Shown here piece after piece: positions 19,925-29,018 of a stretch of DNA of 64,000 bases. Numbering within the stretch: the stretch's first letter is position 1; the number at the start of each line of letters is the position of its first letter. The notes under the pieces were generated by a model. It was not told the DNA's origin, did not search any database, and worked only from the letters and a program-made list of their open reading frames with translations. Made by a program: the position numbers and the translations under genes. The stretch lies in assembly GCA_963799845.1 (NCBI GenBank), contig CAWCYI010000006.1:736001-800000 (forward strand), written 5' to 3'. This stretch comes from an uncultured Nitrososphaerota archaeon (lineage in GTDB: Archaea; Thermoproteota; Nitrososphaeria; Nitrososphaerales; CADDZS01).

Positions 19925-20770
19925 TTGAAAGAACATGACGCTATCGTGAACGGGATCAATATCCATTACGTCACATGGAACAGCGGTTCAACAACTGATC
20001 GACCGCCCGTTCTTCTGGTGCACGGCCTGACTTCGAGCTCTCGCGCCTGGGTGAAACTCGGGGATTTCTTGGCATCGAAGGGTATGTACGTAATCGCCCC
20101 GGATTTGAGGGGGCGAGGGCTGAGCGATAAGCCTCCTCACGGATACGGCATCGCATTTCACGCCAACGATTTAATCGCCCTTTGCGATTCGCTCGGGCTG
20201 TCTAAAGTAATTTTCGTAGGACACTCGCTAGGTGCGGCCATCGGTCTCTACTTTTGCGCGTTGTTTCCGAATCGTGTTGAGAAGTTCGTCCTGATCGATG
20301 CAGGAGTAAGGCTACCCCCGGAGATACTGCAGGCTATTGGAGCTTCACTAAACAGGTTGGGGCAGGTCTATCCGTCGATTGATTCATACCTCGCGCTCTG
20401 CAAGCAGATCCCTTTTCACAAGTGGGACTCTTTCTGGGAGGAGTACTATCGGTATGATGCTGATGTGAGAGAAGATGGCACCGTAACTTCCAGAGTACCC
20501 AAATCGGTGATTCAGGAAGAAATCGCGGCCAATTCCATCATCAACACGGAACTGCTTGTACCGCTTGTTAAGGTCCCGACTCTATTGGTCCGTGCCACAG
20601 TTGGCACCCTAGGCGCAGATCGGGGATTGTTGCTAACTCGCGAAGAAGCGGAACGGCTTCAAGGGATAATCAAGGGCAGCACAATCGTCGAAATTCCCAA
20701 TACCAATCACTACACAATTATTATCTCTGAAGATTTCGAAAGAGAAGTTTCCAATTTCTTGGAAAAGTGA
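19925..20770 (+). CDS. Alpha/beta hydrolase
   Basis: LLVHG, PDLRGRGLS, GHSLG nucleophile elbow, C-terminal His (NHY). Confidence 0.92.
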   Translation: MKEHDAIVNGINIHYVTWNSGSTTDRPPVLLVHGLTSSSRAWVKLGDFLASKGMYVIAPDLRGRGLSDKPPHGYGIAFHANDLIALCDSLGLSKVIFVGHSLGAAIGLYFCALFPNRVEKFVLIDAGVRLPPEILQAIGASLNRLGQVYPSIDSYLALCKQIPFHKWDSFWEEYYRYDADVREDGTVTSRVPKSVIQEEIAANSIINTELLVPLVKVPTLLVRATVGTLGADRGLLLTREEAERLQGIIKGSTIVEIPNTNHYTIIISEDFEREVSNFLEK

Positions 20771-20905
20771 ATCAATTATGTTCTGAAAAGGCACTCAGAA
20801 CATAATTCGAATCCGAAAAAATAGAAAGGGTGCACTAAAGCGATGCAAATACGGATCGTGGCTCCAGAACTATTTTAGCAATTTGTCTATTATTGTTTCG
20901 TTATA

Positions 20906-21271
20906 TTGACTCTCGACTCGAAAGAAAGAGGTACCTTTCTTTCATCCTCGCGTAAAAGTGATGATGCTCCAACCATGCAGATTGTAGACTGCATCGAAAG
21001 GGGTTTGAACCACTATGGCGCGACTATGACGCGAGTAGTCTTCTGGAACTTCGAGAAGAAGTTTGGGCTTCAAAAAGCAGACATTTCAAAGTATCCCGAG
21101 AAATTCGTCCTGTCAATCGAAGGGATGTTTGCGGGGGGAGCTCCAAATGTCGAGAGATCCATCATCCAAGAAATGAAATCTTCTATCACTCATTGCGAGT
21201 TGGACGATTCTAATTTAGTTACGGCTTTGAAACAAGCAAGGGCATTTTATCAGAGGAACAGAGAGGATTAA
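20906..21271 (+). CDS. NitrOD5/DUF3227-like small protein (paralog 1)
   Basis: CIERGL..YG...VFWNFEKKFGL...I..YPEKFV..IEGMF..GA..VERSI pattern. Confidence 0.7.
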   Translation: MTLDSKERGTFLSSSRKSDDAPTMQIVDCIERGLNHYGATMTRVVFWNFEKKFGLQKADISKYPEKFVLSIEGMFAGGAPNVERSIIQEMKSSITHCELDDSNLVTALKQARAFYQRNRED

Positions 21272-21287
21272 GGTAGTGAAAAATTAG

Positions 21288-22751
21288 ATGGGTCAAAAAG
21301 AAGTAACTACATATGAGACCTCCACTAATGTCAATCGTTCAAAAGTAGGGCCGACTCCTGAAACGAATCTGACTAATAACGGCCTGCTTGATTTGTTGCT
21401 TGCACCACAGATCAGATTCATCTTACTCAAAGGAGAGCCTGGAACCGGTAAAACCACACTCGCGATAGATCTGCTTACCAAATACGGAAAGGGCATGTAT
21501 ATCTCGACGAGATCGTCTCTTGAGCAGGCGACGATTCAGAACCGAATGCTTCGCGAGTTAGTCCAGAAAGGATTGGTCTCCGAACCCAATTTCGCTCGGG
21601 AAAACAAAGTCAGCTTCGCCGACTACAGGCTTGGTCTCCCTGAAAATATCATTCAGGCAGTAATCGAGAACTCTCGGAAATCAAAAGATGATGAAAAGCT
21701 GGTCGTACTGGACTCCTGGGATGCGTTTGCAAAACTACTGGATCCGATAGACAGACAAAAGACGGAGCAATCCATGCTTGCAATTTCCGAAGCAAACGGT
21801 ATCAGGCTTCTGTTCGTCAGCGAAACGGCAGAGCCTACTGCAATGGACTACATGGCCGATGCTGTTCTTGCAATGGAGGACAATTTATTCGAGGGTCAAC
21901 GTGTCCGCAGAGTGATCTGGAAGAAATTGAGGGGATTCGAGATTCCTCACAGGAACTATCCCTACACCTTGCACGGAGGAAAGTTTTTGATGATTGACAC
22001 TCCTATGACCTTCACTTACCCCGCAAATCCCACCAGAACACCGTTTGCTGGAAGGAAGCACGGAACGAATTCGTACTCCACGGGGATTGAAGCTTTGGAC
22101 TCTTTCCTTGGCAGTGGCCTTGCCAAAGGAAGTCTTGTTCTCTTGGAGTTGGGCGCAAACATCGGTTCCCTTTCACATATTCCTGTGATCACTACAATAG
22201 TTGGCAACTTTATAGCAAACGGCGGGTGTAGCATTTCACTCCCCTCCGTGGGAATTACTCCGAAGAGGGCAAAGGGGATGGGGCTGAGACGTTTTTCACC
22301 CGAGGTCGTAAATTCCAGACTCCGAATCTGTCACTTCGATTCTGAAGAAAACGATCCCTGCTTTGTTCAATTGGACAGAAATTCACTCGAAAGAACCTTT
22401 GAGCTGATCAGAAATGCGGTTATTTCTCTGAAAGGTTCCGAACAGCGCAGCTGCTTCATCTATCTCGGAATGGAGATGATGGAATATCTGTTCGGATCGG
22501 AAAAATTAGGCGGGATAGGAGTCGAAATTAACCAAGAATTGAAGAAGACGGGAGATATCGCGATCTGCGGATTGAAAAGCGGATCGGCCTTGGCTTCGAA
22601 GCTTTCAAACTCGTCCGACATTCATCTCAGACTGGATCAGGTAGACGGCGCGCTGATGCTTTACTCCGTTAAACCGCCGTCTTCCATTTACCACTTCAAG
22701 GTCGAGCAAGTAGAAGGAAACATCAAGATCGAGCTCATACCGATGGTTTGA
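21288..22751 (+). CDS. KaiC/GvpD-like RecA-superfamily ATPase (active domain plus degenerate domain)
   Basis: Walker A GEPGTGKT, Walker B VVLDSWD, DYMADAV, KKLRG; second domain STGIEALDSFLGSGL..GSLVLLE lacks a P-loop. Confidence 0.85.
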   Translation: MGQKEVTTYETSTNVNRSKVGPTPETNLTNNGLLDLLLAPQIRFILLKGEPGTGKTTLAIDLLTKYGKGMYISTRSSLEQATIQNRMLRELVQKGLVSEPNFARENKVSFADYRLGLPENIIQAVIENSRKSKDDEKLVVLDSWDAFAKLLDPIDRQKTEQSMLAISEANGIRLLFVSETAEPTAMDYMADAVLAMEDNLFEGQRVRRVIWKKLRGFEIPHRNYPYTLHGGKFLMIDTPMTFTYPANPTRTPFAGRKHGTNSYSTGIEALDSFLGSGLAKGSLVLLELGANIGSLSHIPVITTIVGNFIANGGCSISLPSVGITPKRAKGMGLRRFSPEVVNSRLRICHFDSEENDPCFVQLDRNSLERTFELIRNAVISLKGSEQRSCFIYLGMEMMEYLFGSEKLGGIGVEINQELKKTGDIAICGLKSGSALASKLSNSSDIHLRLDQVDGALMLYSVKPPSSIYHFKVEQVEGNIKIELIPMV

Positions 22752-22837
22752 TGCAGCCTAGAACCGTTACTGACAGATTCTGGCTAAAGTCCTATTAACT
22801 CCCTTAGGAGAATTCCTAAATAATACATTAGGAATGA

Positions 22838-23293
22838 ATGTCCAGTAAAATGGAATCCGAGCGCAAGGCGTGGTCAAAAACTAAGGGTATCACTGCTATA
22901 ATTATCGTGTATGCTAGTATCATTGCCATCTTGTTCGTCAATGCCAATTTTAACAAACCACAGGTCAATCTTACGGGCTTGGGACTCACTGGGAATGTCC
23001 CGTGCTCACCCTGCATCTCGTATTTCGGCTCGAGCATCCAGAATGCGAGCAAGACAGATTCAATACTGGCCGGAGACCAGTTCAACGTGACAACTATTTC
23101 TGACCATCAAGGTTCTCAAACTCACAAGATCACTAACATTTCTATTCTCAGCCCCGGCTTTACGCTGATCTCCGCTTTTCCATCGCTGCCGATCGTTTTG
23201 ACTCCCAAGCATCACACAAAGATAACGATCGTGGTCGAGGCTCCCGATCAGGCTTACACTGGCCTATTGGTCTATCAAATTACGGCATCTTGA
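22838..23293 (+). CDS. Hypothetical membrane-anchored exported protein (Ig-like beta fold possible)
   Basis: KTKG plus hydrophobic helix, CxxC, PSLPIVL.P beta-rich C-terminus. Confidence 0.65.
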   Translation: MSSKMESERKAWSKTKGITAIIIVYASIIAILFVNANFNKPQVNLTGLGLTGNVPCSPCISYFGSSIQNASKTDSILAGDQFNVTTISDHQGSQTHKITNISILSPGFTLISAFPSLPIVLTPKHHTKITIVVEAPDQAYTGLLVYQITAS

Positions 23294-23378
23294 ACATAAG
23301 ACGTAGAATTTCTTTCAATCCTATAAGACACCCTTTGTTGGAATCTTTGTATCCTGCTCTTTCGTAATGAGGAGTAGC

Positions 23379-23654
23379 TCATTTGTTAGAGGAGAGTAAT
23401 TCAGATTCCAATAGCTCAATTTCCTTCTGAACGGCGTCGCGTTCAACCACGATCTTCAGGTTCGAATCCGTACCGGAGTAGGTGCCCAAAATATTCAAAG
23501 TCAATGTCAGTTGAACGAGGGCTCTTCTCTTTTCAGCCAACTGCTCGACTTTATCAAATACATCCTGCGTCTTTAGCAATGCAGTCATTGCCATGCAACA
23601 CCACTGCCATAAGTATTGAATATTCTCCGATTTAGGGGATTTTACGTAATTCAA
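23379..23654 (-). CDS. Small hypothetical helical protein (start probably ~23594)
   Basis: Amphipathic helical ORF filling the intergenic space. Confidence 0.4.
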   Translation of the reverse strand: MNYVKSPKSENIQYLWQWCCMAMTALLKTQDVFDKVEQLAEKRRALVQLTLTLNILGTYSGTDSNLKIVVERDAVQKEIELLESELLSSNK

Positions 23655-23720
23655 TGTGAAACCTTTCCGGGCGTTATTGATTATGGCAAGAAAAACTGCC
23701 CTTCTTTTCTTATCGTCTCA

Positions 23721-23823
23721 TATTGCCGTTTTCAATAATTAGTTATGCACGGGAGTTGGGAAAGTGGCATTCAGGGTTAAATCTCAATAGGGACCCCAAA
23801 TTACGGTTAGAGTTTAACCAATC
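23721..23823 (+). promoter_or_regulatory. Conserved upstream module, copy 1
   Basis: TATTGCCGTTTTCAATAATT (23721-40), TGGCATTCAGGGTTAAATC (23765-83) and AGTTTAACC, all identical in copy 2. Confidence 0.65.
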
Positions 23824-24123
23824 ATGGAAACGTATGAACTGGTTCAATGCGTGGAGAGAGGACTGAGTTTTTTCGGCGCAAATATGAAACAGGCCGCATA
23901 TTCGTCATTTTCATCTCGGAAACGAATAGGCTCTGAAGATATCTTAGCTAATCCCTGTGAGTTTGTCAATGCGTTGAAAGACGTTTTCGGTCCTGGATAC
24001 CCGCTCGCGGAACGCGCAATCGTGAAGGAAATAAAGAGTGAATTCGAGCTATTCTCTCCGTCCAGGTCATACAACCTTCAGGACGCCCTGGAGAACGCGA
24101 AAATCAAAATCGCCGAGATATGA
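23824..24123 (+). CDS. NitrOD5/DUF3227-like small protein (paralog 2)
   Basis: LVQCVERGLSFFG...ILANPCEFVNALKDVFG.GY.LAERAIVKEI. Confidence 0.75.
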   Translation: METYELVQCVERGLSFFGANMKQAAYSSFSSRKRIGSEDILANPCEFVNALKDVFGPGYPLAERAIVKEIKSEFELFSPSRSYNLQDALENAKIKIAEI

Positions 24124-24445
24124 GAACCCCAAGAAAATCGTAAAATGACCTTTTTGGGTTGGGAACCAAGAAAATCAGATTGTTGCTTAATGTTTATCTT
24201 GAATTTTCTGAATCGGTAGCTCCATGAATAAACCTTCAAAATCAATCTATTGCCGCACGTTGAAAGCTTCCTCTCATATTGCGGTATCAGCAGTTGCCAT
24301 GATGATCTTGAGCTTTGGATGCAGTTCTTGAAAAGCTTGATAGTTTCGATTCCATTCACATTGATAAATGGCATTATCATTCTTGACATTTCAGCCAGTC
24401 GAACCTATTCAATAGCGTAGTCGAGGAGTCTTTTCCATAGTCTTC

Positions 24446-24546
24446 TATTGCCGTTTTCAATAATTGATCATACACCAATCTCCGGAAATATGGCATTCAG
24501 GGTTAAATCCCCCCGTTGGCCTTGGCTAGGATTAGTTTAACCTATC
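24446..24546 (+). promoter_or_regulatory. Conserved upstream module, copy 2
   Basis: Same 20-nt (24446-65), 19-nt (24491-509) and AGTTTAACC boxes, with different spacers. Confidence 0.65.
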
Positions 24547-24978
24547 ATGGAAATGTCTGACCTAGTTCAATGTGTGGACAGAGCGCTGAGTTCTTTCGGT
24601 ATGAACATGAAGCAGGCCACATACTTCTCAATGGAATCTCGGGAAGGAATGGGCTCCGACGAGATCTTGTCGAATCCCGAAGCATTTATTCGCACGTTGA
24701 AAAATACATTCGGGTCAGGATATCAGCTTGCCGAACGCAGGATCGTAAAAGAAATAAACGTGCTATGTTCTCCGTCCAGGTCATGCAACCTTCTTGACGC
24801 CTTGGAGATGGCGAGAAGCAAAGTCACCGATTTCAGAAGCGATCGAGATTCTGCACAATTCATGAATTGGGCGGCAGCCATGGGCCCAGAGCTGGACGCC
24901 GATGCTCAAGTGGCTCCAGTCGCTAATTTTGGTTCCGGGAACCTTACTGTATCTTTGGTTCGATTGAAGAAAGCTTAG
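24547..24978 (+). CDS. NitrOD5/DUF3227-like small protein (paralog 3)
   Basis: LVQCVDRALSSFG...ILSNPEAFIRTLKNTFGSGYQLAERRIVKEI; clear DNA-level paralog of 23824-24123. Confidence 0.75.
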   Translation: MEMSDLVQCVDRALSSFGMNMKQATYFSMESREGMGSDEILSNPEAFIRTLKNTFGSGYQLAERRIVKEINVLCSPSRSCNLLDALEMARSKVTDFRSDRDSAQFMNWAAAMGPELDADAQVAPVANFGSGNLTVSLVRLKKA

Positions 24979-25407
24979 AAATGAGGGTTGCTGTTACTTC
25001 TTCAATAGTTGACTCGGGAACTCTAGTCGAAAACCGTCGACAAGGTAACAGAGCTATGTGGGAAAGAAGCTTACAACTTCACTTTTGATTACTTTTGAAA
25101 AAGGGTAAGGATTTTACACAATTCTATTTGAAAGGGAAAACAAACCACAGGATGCGTCTATGGAAATCTCTAAGATTCATTCTTAGAATCGATAGACTCT
25201 GAAGCAAATAAGGACTCAAAATTGAGTTCCCAAACTTATGCCCCTTAACTTAGCAGAATCCAAAATTAGTTTCTCATAATATGGTTAGTTGGAATTTTCC
25301 AATCTGGCTCAATCGAAAAATGAGTCGACAGAATCGCAAAGGTCGCCATTTTCATGGCATATCTTAATGTCGAGTAAGGATTAATGATCTCGTTTAACGG
25401 AAAGAAA

Positions 25408-25734
25408 CTGTTATTCTCGCTGTGGATGCGGAATACAAGCTTACGTAATGCTTGGAAAGCAAGTAATCTTTGTAGACCCGTGGGGTACCACACAATTCTG
25501 CCACAGCTGCCTCCAATGGGTTCCAAAGAATTTAGGAGAAAGGGAACATGACTGCCCCAAATGCGGGATCAAACTATCAAGAGACCTCAATTCTGCAAAA
25601 TTGATTAGAAGGCTTGGCATCCAGAAAAGAAGCCCGCCCTCGGACGGGGAGTCGTCATCCGCTGAGCTTTTGCCTCTACCATCTCTGAGGAGAATGGCAA
25701 GCATTGGTGAGGAAGCGGGAGGCCTACGAATGAA
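25408..25734 (+). pseudogene. tnpB: IS200/IS605 TnpB C-terminal remnant (Zn ribbon plus RuvC-III)
   Basis: EYKL, then a frameshift, then GKQVIFVDPWGTTQFCHSC...HDCPKCG..SRDLNSA; the right end resumes at 27369-27390. Confidence 0.85.
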
Positions 25735-27368
25735 GAGACTGTGTGAGAACTATTTAAAGGCAAATACTTTGGCCGACAGGCCTATCTACGAGTACGCCCT
25801 AATGCATGAACGTGAGTAATAGCGGTCACGTGGAGGGTAGTGAGCGAAGGCAGAGGATACTCCTTCCAGACATGTTGGACGAATACGTAGACGAAGACAA
25901 TCCAGTCAGGTTCATTGATGCATTTGTAGACAAGCTCAGCCTGAAGAAGCTCGGATTCAAGCATTCCGTCCCAAGCGAGACTGGAAGACCGTCGTACGAC
26001 CCCGCAGATCTTCTCAAGCTATACATCTATGGATACCTGAACCAGATTCGTTCCAGCAGAAAGCTCGAGCGAGAGTGCAGGAGAAATCTTGAACTCGTCT
26101 GGCTCATGAAGAAACTCACTCCGGACTTCAAGACCATATCCGATTTTCGGAAGAACAACGTAGACTCGATCAAGCCAGTCTTCAAGGAATTCGTCTTTCT
26201 TTGCAAGAGCCTTGATCTCTTCGGGCTTGAGCTCGTCGGCATCGACGGGAGTAAGTTCAAAGCTGTCAACTCCAAAGACAAGAGCTACTTTAACGAAAGA
26301 AAACTCGAGAACAGCTTGAAACTCACGAACGAAAAGATAGAACGCTACCTGAAGGAGCTCGAGGAGAATGACAAAAATGACGTTGATGATGATAACGACA
26401 AAGAGCAGGAGACTAGGGAGCTCAAAGAGAAGATTGACAAGCTTGAGGAGAAGCGGAACGAATACATTCGAATACAGAATGAGATGAAGGAGAGCGGAAA
26501 GAAAGAGATGACGCTCAACGACCCGGAGAGCAGACTGATGAAGGCTGGCAGGGGGCTCGACGTGTGCTACAACGTAGAATCTGCCGTCGATTCAAAGTAC
26601 CACATGGTTTGTGAGTATTATATCACGAATCATCCTAGTGACAAGAACGAACTTGCAAATGTTGCAATAGGAGCTATGAAGACACTGGGCGTCGGAAAGC
26701 TTGATGCAACCGCAGATAGCGGATTCTTCGACGCGGAGCATATCAGAGAATGCATCCAAAATGGGATAACTCCGTACGTCACCGAGCAGAAGTCCATCGG
26801 GAGTGCGAAGAGGAGAGGCATACCAACGCCGGAATTTTACAAGAGCGAGTTCTTCTACGACAAAGAAGCAGATGCGTACACTTGTCCCGCGGGAGAGAAT
26901 CTTTGGTCCATGTACGTAATGGACAAGGGGAAGGGTAAGCGAATGAGGGTCTACGGGACAACGGCGTGCTCCAACTGCCCATTCTTCCTTACAAAATGTA
27001 CAGCCGACAGAACTGGCAGGAAGATATACAGAGGACTTCACGAAGAGCTAATCGAAGAGATGAGGCAAAGAATCAAGGACGACCCTTCCAAAACAAAATT
27101 TAGGAAGGAGCTCTGCGAGCATCCGTTTGGTACGATGAAGAGGGCGTTCAACCAGGGCTACCTTCTTCTCAAAGGATTAAGGAAGGTTGGCGGTGAAGTC
27201 GGATTCACCATGCTTGCATATAACATGAGGAGAGCAATCAATGTACTCGGAACAAAGGCATTGATAGGATCGCTCGGACTGTAGTCGAGATCCACTAGCC
27301 CTCTTTATGAAGTAACATCGAATAGATCTCATCGTGGGAGCGGATCAAATGAGTTTTAACACAGTCTC
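25735..27368 (+). mobile_element. IS1182-family insertion sequence (~1634 bp)
   Basis: TIRs GAGACTGTGTGAGAACT and AGTTTTAACACAGTCTC (15/17 match) around a single transposase. Confidence 0.9.
25806..27284 (+). CDS. IS1182 family transposase
   Basis: GRPSYDP..LLKLYIYGYLNQIRSSRKLERE, PDFKTISDFRK, IDGSKFKA, DPESRLM, ADSGF, YTCPAG, EHPFGTMK. Confidence 0.95.
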   Translation: MNVSNSGHVEGSERRQRILLPDMLDEYVDEDNPVRFIDAFVDKLSLKKLGFKHSVPSETGRPSYDPADLLKLYIYGYLNQIRSSRKLERECRRNLELVWLMKKLTPDFKTISDFRKNNVDSIKPVFKEFVFLCKSLDLFGLELVGIDGSKFKAVNSKDKSYFNERKLENSLKLTNEKIERYLKELEENDKNDVDDDNDKEQETRELKEKIDKLEEKRNEYIRIQNEMKESGKKEMTLNDPESRLMKAGRGLDVCYNVESAVDSKYHMVCEYYITNHPSDKNELANVAIGAMKTLGVGKLDATADSGFFDAEHIRECIQNGITPYVTEQKSIGSAKRRGIPTPEFYKSEFFYDKEADAYTCPAGENLWSMYVMDKGKGKRMRVYGTTACSNCPFFLTKCTADRTGRKIYRGLHEELIEEMRQRIKDDPSKTKFRKELCEHPFGTMKRAFNQGYLLLKGLRKVGGEVGFTMLAYNMRRAINVLGTKALIGSLGL

Positions 27369-27390
27369 TTCATTCGTAGGAGGACGTCAC
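27369..27390 (+). mobile_element. Right end of the IS200/IS605 element (omega-RNA 3' end)
   Basis: Removing the IS and the extra TGAA at 25731-34 restores GAGGCCTACGAA-TTCA-TTCGTAGG-AGGACGTCAC, a hairpin plus GTCAC end typical of these elements. Confidence 0.75.
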
Positions 27391-27886
27391 ATGAAAACCA
27401 GAACTGATAGATGCTGCAAAACTAGATCCACGGGCAGCATAAGTAATCCAACTGTTGATTCGGGATAATTGACTGTCTAGTTTTTGGACGACTTGCTTGC
27501 TCTAAATTTGTTCTTGAATGCATTTTATTAGGTCAAAAACAGCAGAGCGGACCATATTCTAAGATTGTAGCTCGATTCCAATATAGCGTTCCTTTTTTTG
27601 GCACTTCTTTGATGCCATCTACAAAGAGAGGATTGAAGTTGGGTCGTGGGGAAAAAGGCTGGATGCCTTCCATACAATCATAGTGAGTCGCCGTGGCTGG
27701 ACGCAAGCTCGAGGAAAGTTAGCTTGTCGGCCTAAGCGAATAATCTATTCAAGAAAGACTCATTTGGTTGTTTTTTCGCTCAAGGTAAGAAGAAATCCAC
27801 ATTGGCCTAGTTTACAATCTGACATAATTGAACGACTTGTTTTCATTCAAGGATGCAGTTACTCCTACTTGATAGAAAGGTATAGA

Positions 27887-28663
27887 ATGAAAATGAATAG
27901 AACTCTTTTGATTCCGATTTCCGTAACTGTTGTCATAGCACTTATGCTAGGTGGGATGACTATATTGAGCTCAGCGTCAACAACCGCTGCAAATCTGATG
28001 CCGGTGAATCTTGGAACAGCCGGTAATTTCGTAATTTTAGCGAAATCAGGAATCTCAACTACTGGAACTACCAAAATTACAGGTAACATTGGTGTGAGCC
28101 CAATTGCTGCCACCGCCATAACTGGGTTCGCCTTGAAATTGGATTCGTCGGGTACGTTTGCGACTTCATCGCTGGTAGTTGGAAAAGTATACGCGGCCAA
28201 CTATGCGCCTCCTACTCCGGCTATGATGACGACTGCCATTAATAATATGCAGACAGCTTACACCAATGCCGCTGGACGAGTTAATCCAAAGTCTACTAAT
28301 TTATACGCGGGAGATATTAGCGGGAGAACTCTCACTCCTGGCCTCTACAAATGGACAACCGGGGTTATAATAAACACTGGAGTTACTCTCGCCTGCAGTG
28401 GCAGTGCAAACGCTGTCTTCATCTTCCAGATAGCAGGAACTCTAACCGTGGGCAGCGGTGCTATCGTTACTCTTAGTGGTGGTTGCAAAGCTACCAACAT
28501 TTTCTGGCAGGTCGCAATGAAAACAATTCTTGGAACAACCTCGAACTTTAAGGGGATAATCTTGGATGAAACTGCGATTGTCGTGCAGACCGGGGCAACT
28601 CTGACAGGTAGAGCACTAGCGCAGACCGCAGTTACATTAGACGCCAACACTGTTGGGCCATAG
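27887..28663 (+). CDS. Secreted ice-binding protein (DUF3494/IBP-1 beta-solenoid)
   Basis: Signal peptide, then PVNLGTAGNFVILAKSGIS, GNIGVSP, AYTNAAGR, TLTPGLYKW, VFIFQI, NIFWQV, GRALAQTAVTLD. Confidence 0.93.
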   Translation: MKMNRTLLIPISVTVVIALMLGGMTILSSASTTAANLMPVNLGTAGNFVILAKSGISTTGTTKITGNIGVSPIAATAITGFALKLDSSGTFATSSLVVGKVYAANYAPPTPAMMTTAINNMQTAYTNAAGRVNPKSTNLYAGDISGRTLTPGLYKWTTGVIINTGVTLACSGSANAVFIFQIAGTLTVGSGAIVTLSGGCKATNIFWQVAMKTILGTTSNFKGIILDETAIVVQTGATLTGRALAQTAVTLDANTVGP

Positions 28664-28822
28664 ACCAGTCCCATTGCGCAGTACGATTGGCTAGGTTTTG
28701 ATCTACCCTTAGATACGTTTGAAAATCAGAAATATTATCGAACATAAGTACAGCAGTATGTCGATCATATTTGTCGGTTCTGATCACGTATTCACGAGAC
28801 GTATCCGTAGGTGGTAAAGAAG

Positions 28823-28924
28823 TGGGGTTGTCAGGATTCGGACCTGAGACCTCCAATGGGTTAGCCTTTGTTATTTGGCTATCCGCCCAAGGGTGGAATG
28901 CTAACCAAGCTACACCACAACCCC
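28823..28924 (-). tRNA. tRNA-Pro(TGG) with 27-nt intron (28856-28882) at position 40/41
   Basis: Acceptor GGGGTTG/CAACCCC-A, D-arm GTGT/GCAT, anticodon arm CCACC-CTTGGGC-GG^TGG, T-arm TCAGG/CCTGA; intron hairpin TAGCC/GGCTA; T-loop reads TCCGAAT. Confidence 0.85.
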
Positions 28925-29018
28925 AATTGTGGATATTTCCTTTCAAGCGATGGAAAAAGGGAATATTAGTCTTGTCAGAGGTCCGAATTTCTTTCTGAGA
29001 AATCTTCCGAGTATCAAA

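Noticed and set aside
21288-22751. Gas vesicle cluster or circadian clock
   Set aside because: There is no gvpA/C/N or kaiA/B, and the second ATPase domain is degenerate.
25448-25819. Functional compact TnpB/Cas12f nuclease
   Set aside because: RuvC-I/II and the N-terminal domains are missing, the ORF tail runs into the IS1182, and the omega-RNA hairpin is interrupted.
20900-28823. Integrated element at tRNA-Pro
   Set aside because: No integrase and no duplicated tRNA 3' end (att site) were found in the window.
28632-28998. ORFs 28632-28946 and 28771-28998
   Set aside because: They overlap the tRNA gene and have no protein motifs.
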